DNA of 64,000 nucleotides from Flavobacteriaceae bacterium (GCA_032251335.1 JAVVDW010000017.1:546-64545), one strand, 5' to 3'. Numbered from the stretch's first letter, positions 27,322 to 36,558 are shown. Notes: a model not told the origin generated them from the letters alone. Made by a program: numbers and translations.

Positions 27322-27762
27322 TCAATTTGAAATGACCAAGTTGCCTCCTTCAAATCGCACAGCATAGTTGACAAGGCCAAACAGTTGTCTGTCGCTCTCA
27401 GACATGATTTGACCTGTAAAAAGGTTGTATTCGTACTGCTCGCATTGGCAAGTTACTGTGATGCCGCTAGCCAGTGTGGTGGAACAAGTATTAGGAAAAT
27501 GATTGGGGCAACTCGCTTCCCAGGCCATAAAACCACTGCCGGTGTTGATGACATGTACACCTTTGATGCCGGTGCCGTCATTGTTATTCGGGATAAAAAG
27601 TGTGTTTCCGGTGACCAAAATCCTGCTGAAAGCCGGCAAATTGGTGTTGATAACCCTCGTAAATGAAACTTTTCTAATATTAGGGTTTCTGTTGTCGCTA
27701 CCGCCCGAGGTGCTGCAGCCCAAAACAGAAAGCACAAAAGCCAAAGCCAAAATTTTTCTCAT
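27322..27762 (-). CDS. Lipoprotein with a degenerate Rieske-like motif
   Basis: Lipobox (LSVLGCS) from the ATG at 27762. ASCPNH...(17 aa)...CQCEQYEYNLFTGQ aligns by eye with the Rieske C-x-H...C-x-x-H-G-x-x-F-D-L-x-T-G motif, with the second His replaced. Confidence 0.6.
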   Translation of the reverse strand: MRKILALAFVLSVLGCSTSGGSDNRNPNIRKVSFTRVINTNLPAFSRILVTGNTLFIPNNNDGTGIKGVHVINTGSGFMAWEASCPNHFPNTCSTTLASGITVTCQCEQYEYNLFTGQIMSESDRQLFGLVNYAVRFEGGNLVISN

Positions 27763-27902
27763 TTGTCGATATTTATTTTTAGTCCCTAATGTGCCCGGTT
27801 TGTTGTGTGATTTCATTCGCAAAACGTGTGTATGCATAATATTTCGAAATAATGAAAACGATTTAAAACTTTATATACTGTAAATATAGAAATCATTTTC
27901 AC

Positions 27903-27910
27903 TATATTTG
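27903..27910 (+). promoter_or_regulatory. -7 box TATATTTG
   Basis: Exact motif 54 nt upstream of the greA ATG. Confidence 0.45.
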
Positions 27911-27914
27911 TGAT

Positions 27915-27948
27915 GAAATCCCGGCCATGTTGGGATTTTTCTTTTTTC
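27915..27948 (+). terminator. Terminator-like hairpin plus U-tract in the greA leader
   Basis: GAAATCCC-GGCCATGTT-GGGATTT followed by TTCTTTTTTC. It lies between the -7 box and the greA ATG. The upstream gene is divergent, so this cannot be its terminator. Confidence 0.45.
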
Positions 27949-27963
27949 TAAAACGATGAAGTC

Positions 27964-28440
27964 ATGAGTAAAGTATCTTATTACACCGAAGAAGGTTTAA
28001 AAAAATTGCGAAATGAGCTCGATCATTTAAAATCCGTTGAGCGGCCAAAGGTTTCGCAGCAAATTGCAGAAGCCAGAGACAAAGGCGATTTGTCTGAAAA
28101 TGCAGAATACGATGCGGCAAAAGAAGCGCAAGGTTTGCTGGAATTGCGCATTGCTAAGATGGAAGAAACCCTTTCAAACGCTCGTTTGATAGATGAATCT
28201 CAATTGGATATATCTAAAGCTTTGGTGCTGTCCCATGTAAAGATTAAAAATTTGTCGAACGGAAAAACCATGGATTACACCCTTGTAGCGGAGAGTGAGG
28301 CCGATTTAAAAACCGGAAAAATATCGGTTACTTCTCCCATTGGTAAAGGTCTTTTGGGGAAATCTGTAGGAGAAATCGCTGAAATAAGTGTACCCAATGG
28401 TTCTTTAAAATTTGAAATTCTCCAAATATCAAGAAGCTAA
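27964..28440 (+). CDS. greA: Transcription elongation factor GreA
   Basis: Coiled-coil N-terminus with the acidic tip (ARDKGDLSENAEYDAAKE) and a C-terminal globular domain; 158 aa. Confidence 0.96.
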   Translation: MSKVSYYTEEGLKKLRNELDHLKSVERPKVSQQIAEARDKGDLSENAEYDAAKEAQGLLELRIAKMEETLSNARLIDESQLDISKALVLSHVKIKNLSNGKTMDYTLVAESEADLKTGKISVTSPIGKGLLGKSVGEIAEISVPNGSLKFEILQISRS

Positions 28441-28443
28441 GCA

Positions 28444-28998
28444 ATGTCAACACAAATTAGAACCGTCAAAGAACCCAAAGGCCTTGCTGTTGGTGCGCAA
28501 GTGCCCAATTTTGAAGCAAAGGATTTATTCGATCAAACCTTTCAGCTATCGGAAGCACTCAAAAAAGGTTGTTTGGTCGTTATTTTTTATCGCGGACAGT
28601 GGTGTCCGTTGTGTAACAAACATCTGAAAGCTGTTGAAAAAAGACTCGAGGAAATTTATGCAAAAGGCGCGCAAGTTGTTGCCGTATCGCCCGAACGCTC
28701 GGAGTTTTTAAAAATGACAGCCGAAAAAACCAAGGCCTCTTTTCAATTGCTTTTTGATGAAGATTATGCCATCTCCAGGCTTTTCGATCTCGATTTTAAA
28801 CCCTCACTCACCTCACGACTGATGTATAACAAACTGTTGGGTGCCCATTTGAAGAAAGCGCATTCAGACGATAGTGAGCGTTTGCCTATTCCGGCTACCT
28901 ACATCATAGACCAGCAAGGAAAAGTTGTTTGGAGACACTTCGATCCGGATTATAAGAAGCGATCTTCGGTAAGTGATATTTTGGCTAACTTACCCTAG
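28444..28998 (+). CDS. Peroxiredoxin-like (AhpC/TSA, thioredoxin-fold) protein
   Basis: VVIFYRGQWCPLCNKHL and the PATYIIDQQGKV pattern. Confidence 0.85.
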   Translation: MSTQIRTVKEPKGLAVGAQVPNFEAKDLFDQTFQLSEALKKGCLVVIFYRGQWCPLCNKHLKAVEKRLEEIYAKGAQVVAVSPERSEFLKMTAEKTKASFQLLFDEDYAISRLFDLDFKPSLTSRLMYNKLLGAHLKKAHSDDSERLPIPATYIIDQQGKVVWRHFDPDYKKRSSVSDILANLP

Positions 28999-29591
28999 AA
29001 TTTTCCTGCTTTGATTTCCATCAGTGTCGCGTAAACCTTATGTGTGGGAAGTCCCATGACATTGAAAAAAGACCCTTCCAGTCTTTCCACACCAATCAAA
29101 CCAATCCAATCTTGTATGCCGTAAGCACCGGCCTTATCATAGGGTTTGGCCACATCTAGGTAATAGTTGATTTCAGCGACACTGAGTTCTTTAAAAGTTA
29201 CTTGGGTGATATCGGTTATTACCTTCTCAAAACGCGTGGTTTTAAAGCATACTGCCGTTATCACCTCATGCGTTTTGCCCGATAATTTTTGGAGCATTTG
29301 CGTAGCTTCTGCGGCGTTTTCGGCTTTTGCCAACGACTCGTTTTCACACCAAACTACGGTATCAGATGTGATGAGCAGTTCTTCATCTGACAAATCGGTG
29401 AAAACAGAAGCCTTGAGTTTGGCAAGGTAAACTGCTATATCTTCTCGTTTGAGCGTTTCGGGATACACTTCTTCCAAAGGCCGAACCCTTGAATTGAAGG
29501 GAATGCTTATATCTTTAAAAAATTGTTGCCTGCGCGGCGAACCCGAGGCAAGTACAATTTGATAAGGGAAAGTGTCGAAAAATGTATGCAT
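28995..29591 (-). CDS. maf: Maf family nucleoside triphosphate pyrophosphatase
   Basis: ILASGSPRRQQF..., SDTVV..., KAGAYGIQD. Confidence 0.92.
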   Translation of the reverse strand: MHTFFDTFPYQIVLASGSPRRQQFFKDISIPFNSRVRPLEEVYPETLKREDIAVYLAKLKASVFTDLSDEELLITSDTVVWCENESLAKAENAAEATQMLQKLSGKTHEVITAVCFKTTRFEKVITDITQVTFKELSVAEINYYLDVAKPYDKAGAYGIQDWIGLIGVERLEGSFFNVMGLPTHKVYATLMEIKAGKF

Positions 29592-29594
29592 GGT

Positions 29595-30098
29595 TTAAAA
29601 ATTCCAGTTTCCGTGTACGCGCAATACCTGTTCAATCACGTCACGAACGCATCCTTTGCCGCCTTTTTTGTGGGAGACATACAGTGCCATTTTTTTGACT
29701 TCGGGTACTGCATCTTGCGGGCAAGTAGGCAGTGCCACCAGCTGCATGGCTTCCAAATCCGGAATGTCATCACCCATGTAGAGAACGGTTTTAGGCTCGA
29801 TTTGGTTGATGTCTAAAAATTCGTCCAAAGCAGCTCTTTTTTCAAGAGATCCAAAGTACAAATCAGTGATGCCAAGTTCTCTGAGCCGATGCTTCACACC
29901 TTCGTTATTGCCTCCGGAAATGATACAAATTCGGTAGCCTTTTTCATGAGCAATTTTTATGGCAAAGCCATCTTTGGTATTCATGCTGCGCAGTAATTCT
30001 CCTGAGGTGGTGATGATAAAGCTTCCGTCTGTTAACACACCATCCACATCGAAGACAAAGGTTCGTATATCGTTGAGGTATTCTTTATAGTTCTTCAT
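29595..30098 (-). CDS. kdsC: KDO 8-phosphate phosphatase (HAD-IIIA)
   Basis: FVFDVDGVLTDG, NTKDG, ISGG and YMGDDIPD motifs. Confidence 0.88.
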   Translation of the reverse strand: MKNYKEYLNDIRTFVFDVDGVLTDGSFIITTSGELLRSMNTKDGFAIKIAHEKGYRICIISGGNNEGVKHRLRELGITDLYFGSLEKRAALDEFLDINQIEPKTVLYMGDDIPDLEAMQLVALPTCPQDAVPEVKKMALYVSHKKGGKGCVRDVIEQVLRVHGNWNF

Positions 30099-30882
30099 TT
30101 TTGACCATTTTTTCTGAATTCAAATCTTCGTGTATTTTCCGAATAGACTTTGTCATTATTTCATACAAATGACGCAAATCTACATCTTCAATCAACGACA
30201 AATGCCGCTCCAAAGTGGGCAAATCCAAGCGTTTGGCCGGGCCGGTTTGTGCCAATTTAGGGCTGAGGTGCTGCACTTTTTCGGCGGTTTCCAATATGAG
30301 TGGTTTTAACAAATCAAAACGGAGCTTGTTTTTATGTAGAAATAGCTCAGATAATGTATAGAAATGGTTGGAAAAATTATTGACCAATGTGGCTGCCAAA
30401 TGATATTTGACGCGTTCTTCAGACGAAACCCATGCAAAGCGATTGGAGAATGCCGAAGCCAATTTTTCCAATATGGGTTTATCGGACTCGTTTGCAGTTT
30501 CCAGCAAGACCGTGATTTTGTTGTAGTCGATCACACGTCCGATAGAAAAACTTTGAAGGGGATAGAAAACACCGCCGTGTTGCTTTGAGCTAATTGCATC
30601 GATGTGCGTTGCGCCGGAAGTGTGTATGACGATTTTGTTTTCAAAAGGCAGTTGCGCACAAACGGATGCGATGGAACTGTCTGAAACGGCTAAAACATAG
30701 ATGTCTGCATCCGGCAAAGTGTGGATTTCGTTGCAAATTCGGTAGGTGTAGGTGTTGAAAAGATCTTCCTTCTCAGGATTTCGCACCCAAATACTTTCTA
30801 CAGATACCTGCTGTTTTCCGTGCAAACATTTGGCCAAGTGATAGGCTACATTTCCGCTACCGATGATGGCTACTCTAATCAT
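30085..30882 (-). CDS. Rossmann-like plus DUF2520-type domain protein (putative NAD(P)-binding oxidoreductase)
   Basis: MIRVAIIGSGNVAYHLA N-terminus. The C-terminal half resembles DUF2520 (from recollection). Confidence 0.7.
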   Translation of the reverse strand: MIRVAIIGSGNVAYHLAKCLHGKQQVSVESIWVRNPEKEDLFNTYTYRICNEIHTLPDADIYVLAVSDSSIASVCAQLPFENKIVIHTSGATHIDAISSKQHGGVFYPLQSFSIGRVIDYNKITVLLETANESDKPILEKLASAFSNRFAWVSSEERVKYHLAATLVNNFSNHFYTLSELFLHKNKLRFDLLKPLILETAEKVQHLSPKLAQTGPAKRLDLPTLERHLSLIEDVDLRHLYEIMTKSIRKIHEDLNSEKMVKNEEL

Positions 30883-30977
30883 GCTGCGAAAGTAGTTTTA
30901 AAAAATCTTCTTTCAAAAAACACAATCAAAAAAGGCTAATATATGATGAAAGTCATAGATAAATCTCCTCAATGTCG

Positions 30978-30985
30978 TAAATTTG
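30978..30985 (+). promoter_or_regulatory. -7 box TAAATTTG
   Basis: Exact motif 56 nt upstream of the ATG at 31041. Confidence 0.4.
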
Positions 30986-31040
30986 TGCAACAAATATGTA
31001 GTTAAATTTTTCGTTCAACTATCCTCTACTCAGAACCGCT

Positions 31041-34000
31041 ATGATTGCAAAAAAGATTGCTCAAATTTTATTTTCTACCAGACTCACTGCACTTTTATTT
31101 ATCGTCTTTGCCATTGCAATGGCGGTGGGCACATTTATAGAAGATGCATACAACACAACCACGGCTCGTGCATTAATCTACAACAGCTGGTGGTTTGAAG
31201 CCATTATGGGATTTTTCCTCATCAATTTCATCGGAAACATAGACCGATATCGCCTGTTTCGCAAAGAAAAATGGGCGACGCTCATCATACATTTGTCTTT
31301 TATCCTTATTATTTTGGGTGCATTTATTACTCGCTATATCAGTTATGAAGGCAGTATGCCCATACGCGAAGGCGAAACAGAAAATGTCATTTACTCAGAC
31401 AATACTTTTTTGACAGCCTATGTAGATGGCGAAATAGACGGAGAGCCCAAAAGACGAATTTTGCCCAAAAAGAAACTCTTTCTATCTACCGAGGCAAACA
31501 ATCATTTTAAGTTGTCATCAGACTATAACGGGACGCCTATCGAAATAGAATACGTCGATTTTATCATGTCTGCCAAAGAAGCTTTTGAAGCAGACGAACA
31601 AGGAGATTTGTTTCTCAAAGTGGTTGGCACAGACGAGAATGGCAGAAGTGAAGTGTATATGAAATCGGGCGAAATCAAGCACATAGGTGGCGGACTTTTT
31701 ACGTTCAACAATCCGATGGACGGTGCCATCAACCTGATGTACGAAGACGGCAACTACCAAATCCAATCTTCCTTCCCGGGCGGGTTTATGCGTATGGCCG
31801 ATCAGTCCAACGGTATTGTGACAGCCGACAGTTTGCAACCCCTCGAACTGCGTTCGCTCTATAACGTAGGAGGTGCACAGTTTGTGTTGCCCGAAATGGC
31901 AGGCGTGGGTAAAATAGTACTTAAACAGCCCGAAGAAATCGATGAAAACGCACCCGATGCACTTGTAGTAGATGTCACTTCGGGCAATGAAACCAAGCGC
32001 GTAAATCTGTTCGGTTCCCAAGGAACTGTGAGGCAGGACACCAAATTGGAAATCAACGGCCTAGATGTGTACCTTCACTACGGTTCTGTTCGCTATCAAT
32101 TGCCTTTTTCCGTTAAATTAAACGATTTTATTGCTGAAAAATACCCGGGCACTGAAGCTGGTTACTCTTCTTATGAAAGCCAGGTTACCGTCATAGACCC
32201 CAGCGAAACTTTTGATTATAGAATTTACATGAACCACGTGTTGGATTACAAAGGCTATCGGTTTTTTCAAGCTTCTTTTAATCCGGATGAAAAAGGTACC
32301 ATTCTCTCCGTGAATCACGATTTTTGGGGCACTTGGATTACTTATATAGGTTATTTCTTACTTTATTTTGGACTTATGGCTATTCTTTTTGATAAAAACA
32401 CACGCTTTGCGGATTTAAAAAATATGCTCGAAAAAGTGAAGGCGAAAAAGGCAAGCCTCTCCGTTTTGATGCTGTTTATCTCGTTGGGCGCAGTAGCTCA
32501 AGAAATACCGGACAGCCACAAGGCTTCTGCGGAAAAGCTAGATTCCTTGATTACAGCCAATGCAGTTGATCCGGATCATGCATACGATTTTGCTTCGCTG
32601 GTGATTCAAGATGCTGGTGGGCGGATGAAACCTGTAAATACGTTTGCTTCCGAACTGCTCAGAAAAGTGAGTAAAAGCGACACTTACAAAGGGCTCGATG
32701 CCAATCAGGTGATGATGTCTGTCATGGAAAATCCATTTTTGTGGTACAATGTGCCTTTTGTCTTTCTCAAAAGGGGCAACGACAGCCTTCGGCAAATCAT
32801 AGGTGTACGCAAAGAAGCCAAGTACGCTGCCATGGTTGATTTTTTTGACGAAGAAGGCAATTATAAATTGGCCAAATATTTGGAAGAGGCCTCACGCGCA
32901 GCCATCCCCAACCAGTTTCAAAAAGACTTTTTGGAAGTAAACAAAAAAGTGAACCTGCTCTATTCGGCATTGGAAGGTCGTATTTTTAGATTTTTTCCGG
33001 TTCCGGGCAGTGAAAACAACAAATGGATTTCCTCTTTTGAACTTGGTGAATACGACATCACAGGTATGGATTCTACCTATGTAAAAAATGTATTACCCAT
33101 CTATTTTAACGAATTGCAAAGAGGCAAGAAAGATGGGGATTATAAAAGTGCAGACGAAATTTTGGCCAGTATGCACAAATATCAAAAAAAATACGGCGCC
33201 GAAGTAATACCATCGGACACACATGTCAAACTCGAAATTCTTTACAACAAGTTTGATGTATTTAAAAAGCTCTTTAGCTACTATATGTATGCGGGCACGC
33301 TGATGTTTGTCTTTCTGATTTTTCAGATTTTTAAAGACAGAAAATGGCTGCGGATCACCATCAAAGGCTTCAAAATCATCATTGCTGTTTTGTTCCTTTT
33401 GCATACGGCAGGCTTGATTGCGCGTTGGTATATTTCTGGACACGCACCTTGGAGCGATGCTTACGAGTCTATGATTTACGTGGCCTGGGCAACGATGTTT
33501 TTCGGATTGGCCTTTGGTAGAAAATCAGATTTGACATTGGCGGCAACTACTTTTGTGGCTTCCATGATACTGATGATAGCCCATTGGAATTGGATGGATC
33601 CGTCCATAGCCAATTTGCAACCCGTTTTGGATTCGTATTGGTTGATGATACACGTTGCGGTGATTGTGGCCAGTTACGGACCGTTTACCCTCGGTATGAT
33701 TCTGGGTCTGGTATCACTGTTCCTCATTATCTTCACCACCAAAAGCAACAAAGCCAAGATGGATATCAACCTCAAAGAGTTGACACTCATCAATGAAATG
33801 GCGCTGACCGTAGGCTTGGTGATGCTAACCATTGGCAATTTCTTGGGCGGACAATGGGCCAACGAGAGTTGGGGACGATATTGGGGATGGGATCCCAAAG
33901 AAACTTGGGCGCTCATTAGTATTATGATTTATGCTTTTGTGATACACATGCGCTTGGTGCCCGGGCTTCGTGGGCGGTTTGCTTTTAATCTTGCAGCCGT

Positions 34001-34184
34001 TTGTGCCTTTGCCTCTATTATGATGACCTATTTTGGGGTCAATTTCTACCTTTCCGGTTTGCACAGCTATGCCAGTGGAGACAGGGTGGTAACACCCACT
34101 TTTGTGTATTATTCAGTGGTTTTTGTGGCTGTTATCGGCAGCTTGGCTTATTGGCGATATAGGGTGCATTACGCTAAGAAATAA
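31041..34184 (+). CDS. ccsBA: Fused cytochrome c biogenesis protein CcsB(ResB)/CcsA
   Basis: 1047 aa. The N-terminal half is ResB-like, with a large periplasmic loop. The C-terminal half is polytopic and carries the WWD heme-handling motif WGRYWGWDPKETWALI. Confidence 0.9.
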   Translation: MIAKKIAQILFSTRLTALLFIVFAIAMAVGTFIEDAYNTTTARALIYNSWWFEAIMGFFLINFIGNIDRYRLFRKEKWATLIIHLSFILIILGAFITRYISYEGSMPIREGETENVIYSDNTFLTAYVDGEIDGEPKRRILPKKKLFLSTEANNHFKLSSDYNGTPIEIEYVDFIMSAKEAFEADEQGDLFLKVVGTDENGRSEVYMKSGEIKHIGGGLFTFNNPMDGAINLMYEDGNYQIQSSFPGGFMRMADQSNGIVTADSLQPLELRSLYNVGGAQFVLPEMAGVGKIVLKQPEEIDENAPDALVVDVTSGNETKRVNLFGSQGTVRQDTKLEINGLDVYLHYGSVRYQLPFSVKLNDFIAEKYPGTEAGYSSYESQVTVIDPSETFDYRIYMNHVLDYKGYRFFQASFNPDEKGTILSVNHDFWGTWITYIGYFLLYFGLMAILFDKNTRFADLKNMLEKVKAKKASLSVLMLFISLGAVAQEIPDSHKASAEKLDSLITANAVDPDHAYDFASLVIQDAGGRMKPVNTFASELLRKVSKSDTYKGLDANQVMMSVMENPFLWYNVPFVFLKRGNDSLRQIIGVRKEAKYAAMVDFFDEEGNYKLAKYLEEASRAAIPNQFQKDFLEVNKKVNLLYSALEGRIFRFFPVPGSENNKWISSFELGEYDITGMDSTYVKNVLPIYFNELQRGKKDGDYKSADEILASMHKYQKKYGAEVIPSDTHVKLEILYNKFDVFKKLFSYYMYAGTLMFVFLIFQIFKDRKWLRITIKGFKIIIAVLFLLHTAGLIARWYISGHAPWSDAYESMIYVAWATMFFGLAFGRKSDLTLAATTFVASMILMIAHWNWMDPSIANLQPVLDSYWLMIHVAVIVASYGPFTLGMILGLVSLFLIIFTTKSNKAKMDINLKELTLINEMALTVGLVMLTIGNFLGGQWANESWGRYWGWDPKETWALISIMIYAFVIHMRLVPGLRGRFAFNLAAVCAFASIMMTYFGVNFYLSGLHSYASGDRVVTPTFVYYSVVFVAVIGSLAYWRYRVHYAKK

Positions 34185-34207
34185 GGGCGTGCGGGTATTC
34201 ATTGGAA

Positions 34208-34411
34208 ATGACAGTACAAAATATAGATTTATCTCTTCATCAATATGTAGAATTTATAAACAATACTGAGAAATCCTTCTGCTATATTTACAGAGGTCAA
34301 GCGAACTCATATACTGACTATAAATTTATTAAATGAAAGATAGTTTCTTCTTTTTATCGGAATAGACATTTGATTTTTACAATGCGAGGAACAAAAAATT
34401 ACCAGATGTAA
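34208..34411 (+). pseudogene. Remnant of an FRG-domain gene (in-frame TGA, truncated)
   Basis: My translation is MTVQNIDLSLHQYVEFINNTEKSFCYIYRGQANSYTDYKFIK*KIVSSFYRNRHLIFTMRGTKNYQM*. The YRGQ...(L/I)xxSxxR spacing resembles the FRG domain N-terminus. It has an internal stop at 34334-34336 and ends after ~67 codons. Confidence 0.4.
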
Positions 34412-34464
34412 ATATTCCGCCTTTACTCGTCTTTTACTTTGCCAGATAAATAAAACAAAAAAAC

Positions 34465-34472
34465 TACATTTG
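34465..34472 (+). promoter_or_regulatory. -7 box TACATTTG
   Basis: Exact motif 24 nt upstream of the ATG at 34496. Confidence 0.45.
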
Positions 34473-34495
34473 TTGTCGCATTACAAACAGTAACC

Positions 34496-35278
34496 ATGTA
34501 TTCAAAAACTTTTTTCAAATCCATTTTTGCGGTTCTTTGTTTTATTATATGTAGCAATACACAGGCACAAGACCGTCAATTTTACCAACTCAGTATCTAC
34601 CAAATCTCCGATAAAAATCAGGAGCAGGTCATCGATCAGTATCTAGAAAATGCCTTGTTGCCGGCGCTCAAAAGACAAAATATCGAAAAAGTCGGGGTTT
34701 TTAAATCTATTCAAAACCAGCAAGATACCATTCGAAAAATCTATGTTTTGGTGCCATACCGTTCATTGTCAGTCATCCCCGAGGTTTCAGCCGCGCTCTT
34801 AAACGACAATACTTACCTGTCTGCAGGTAAGGCCTACATAGAGGCACAACACGACCAGCCTCCCTACCACAGAATAGAAACGGTTTTGCTCCGTGCATTT
34901 TCGAGCATGCCTATTTTGCAAACACCCACACTGAAGGGTGAAAAAAAGGACAGAATTTACGAACTGCGCAGCTACGAATCGGCCACTGAAGCACTGTATA
35001 GAAACAAGGTAGAAATGTTTGACGGCGGCGGTGAAACAGCCTTATTTCACCAATTGGGTTTTCAGCCCGTTTTCTTTGGAGAAGTCGTTTCAGGAAGCCG
35101 TATGCCCAACCTCATGTACCTCACAACCTTTGAAAACATGGATGATCGTACAGCACATTGGAAGGCTTTTGTAGCATCTGACAAGTGGAACCAAATCAAG
35201 GATTTGCCCAAATATCAAAACAATATGAACCACGCGGATATTTGGTTTCTCTATCCTGCCGATTATTCAGACTACTAG
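34496..35278 (+). CDS. NIPSNAP family protein with a signal peptide
   Basis: Signal peptide ending TQAQ. IYELRSYE and the TFENMDDRTAHWKAF pattern (dimeric alpha-beta barrel). Confidence 0.8.
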   Translation: MYSKTFFKSIFAVLCFIICSNTQAQDRQFYQLSIYQISDKNQEQVIDQYLENALLPALKRQNIEKVGVFKSIQNQQDTIRKIYVLVPYRSLSVIPEVSAALLNDNTYLSAGKAYIEAQHDQPPYHRIETVLLRAFSSMPILQTPTLKGEKKDRIYELRSYESATEALYRNKVEMFDGGGETALFHQLGFQPVFFGEVVSGSRMPNLMYLTTFENMDDRTAHWKAFVASDKWNQIKDLPKYQNNMNHADIWFLYPADYSDY

Positions 35279-35310
35279 TTTTTTACTGCTGAAGGTTTAC
35301 CTTTAGTGCA

Positions 35311-36450
35311 TCAACCGCTGTATTTCAGCTTCCTGAAAATTCGCATGGTTTCTTTAAAGGTGTTGTAAGTGTCTTCGCCTTGCGCTTTTAAAAAGGGCTT
35401 GGCTTCTATCACTTTCTCCTTGGCATCGCCAAAACCGTTCAGGTAACACAGCAAATAAGTATTGGCAAGGTTTTTTAGTTCGCCTGTTTCTGCTTCTGTC
35501 AAGGGTGTTCCTTTTATCAATTTGCCTAACAATGCGTTGTTGGCATTGTAGAGGTGGTGCATCACTTTTTTGTCAAACTGCGGCGGCTCAAAAAGCATGT
35601 CGTTGGTGATCAGATACGTACCGTTTTCCCTAAAATGTATGGTAACCTTTTCCAGCGGATAGTATTTAGAATAAGGATTTACACCCAAATGCACATATTC
35701 CAAAATACTAAAACAATCTGAATCGTAGGAAATGGACACTTCGTCCAAAGCCGAGTAAAACAAACGAACTTGCTCGTTTACTAGCTCAATATCGAGCCTG
35801 GAATAATAAATTTTGTCGTTCACTTTCTTCTCAACCCCCGCCCAGCACAACACAAAAATTTCTTTAAAAACCTTGTAATGAGAACGCAAATCAGTGTGTT
35901 TTTTCATAATAAAATCAAAAACACTGTCCAGCGTCAGTTCAATATTGTTCTGCGCAGACCTTTCAATAGATGCCACTATGGCCGAATTGGTATCGCGCAA
36001 ATCACTTCTAAAACGCACAGGCACCGAGTTGCTTCCTTGTCTAAAAAACACCGTCCCGCCCCAGTATTTCCAAATATTTCTCCGAAGCGACGTCAGTTTG
36101 TTGTTCGGATGAATCGTCACCAAGCCCACCACTTTGTCGGCAGGCAAATGCGGAAACGGAATATTTTCATAAGAAACCACCGGTGTATGATCCATATAGG
36201 CATCAATCAAATTTTGAATGCGGCTGTCATCAAAAAAATCAACGCCCACTATAGCATTGTCCGTGTCTTCCACGCCCACCACTATGTACGAATTGTTCAT
36301 AGGATTCGAATTGCTCAAGGCACAAACGTGTTTCAGAAACTTGGCCTTGCCCTCTTTAGCATACAAATCCAACCGACGTTTTTTGTCATAGAAACTGTTT
36401 TCGTCTTGGTGTGCGAGCAAATTTTTCACCAACAAACGTTTGTTAATCAT
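35311..36450 (-). CDS. AlbA_2/Schlafen-like putative DNA-binding domain protein with an unrecognised C-terminal half
   Basis: The N-terminus ENSFYDKKRRL...KFLKHVCALSNSNPMNNSYIVVGVEDTDNAIVGV fits the AlbA_2 pattern (E-x-K ... N-x-x-G-G/x-IxxGVxD). Residues ~160-379 are unassigned. Confidence 0.7.
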   Translation of the reverse strand: MINKRLLVKNLLAHQDENSFYDKKRRLDLYAKEGKAKFLKHVCALSNSNPMNNSYIVVGVEDTDNAIVGVDFFDDSRIQNLIDAYMDHTPVVSYENIPFPHLPADKVVGLVTIHPNNKLTSLRRNIWKYWGGTVFFRQGSNSVPVRFRSDLRDTNSAIVASIERSAQNNIELTLDSVFDFIMKKHTDLRSHYKVFKEIFVLCWAGVEKKVNDKIYYSRLDIELVNEQVRLFYSALDEVSISYDSDCFSILEYVHLGVNPYSKYYPLEKVTIHFRENGTYLITNDMLFEPPQFDKKVMHHLYNANNALLGKLIKGTPLTEAETGELKNLANTYLLCYLNGFGDAKEKVIEAKPFLKAQGEDTYNTFKETMRIFRKLKYSG

Positions 36451-36531
36451 TTTTTAAAGAAAATTTATCCGCTTAAACAACGCAACAATTTAGTGAGAAT
36501 TTCCAAGCATTGCGCTATTTTTTTGGGCGAT

Positions 36532-36558
36532 TTTCCCGGCAATGTATTTGCCGGGAAA
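36532..36558. repeat. Palindrome A: TTTCCCGGCAA-TGTAT-TTGCCGGGAAA
   Basis: Perfect 11-bp arms, located 82-108 nt upstream of the AlbA_2-like start. Confidence 0.85.
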
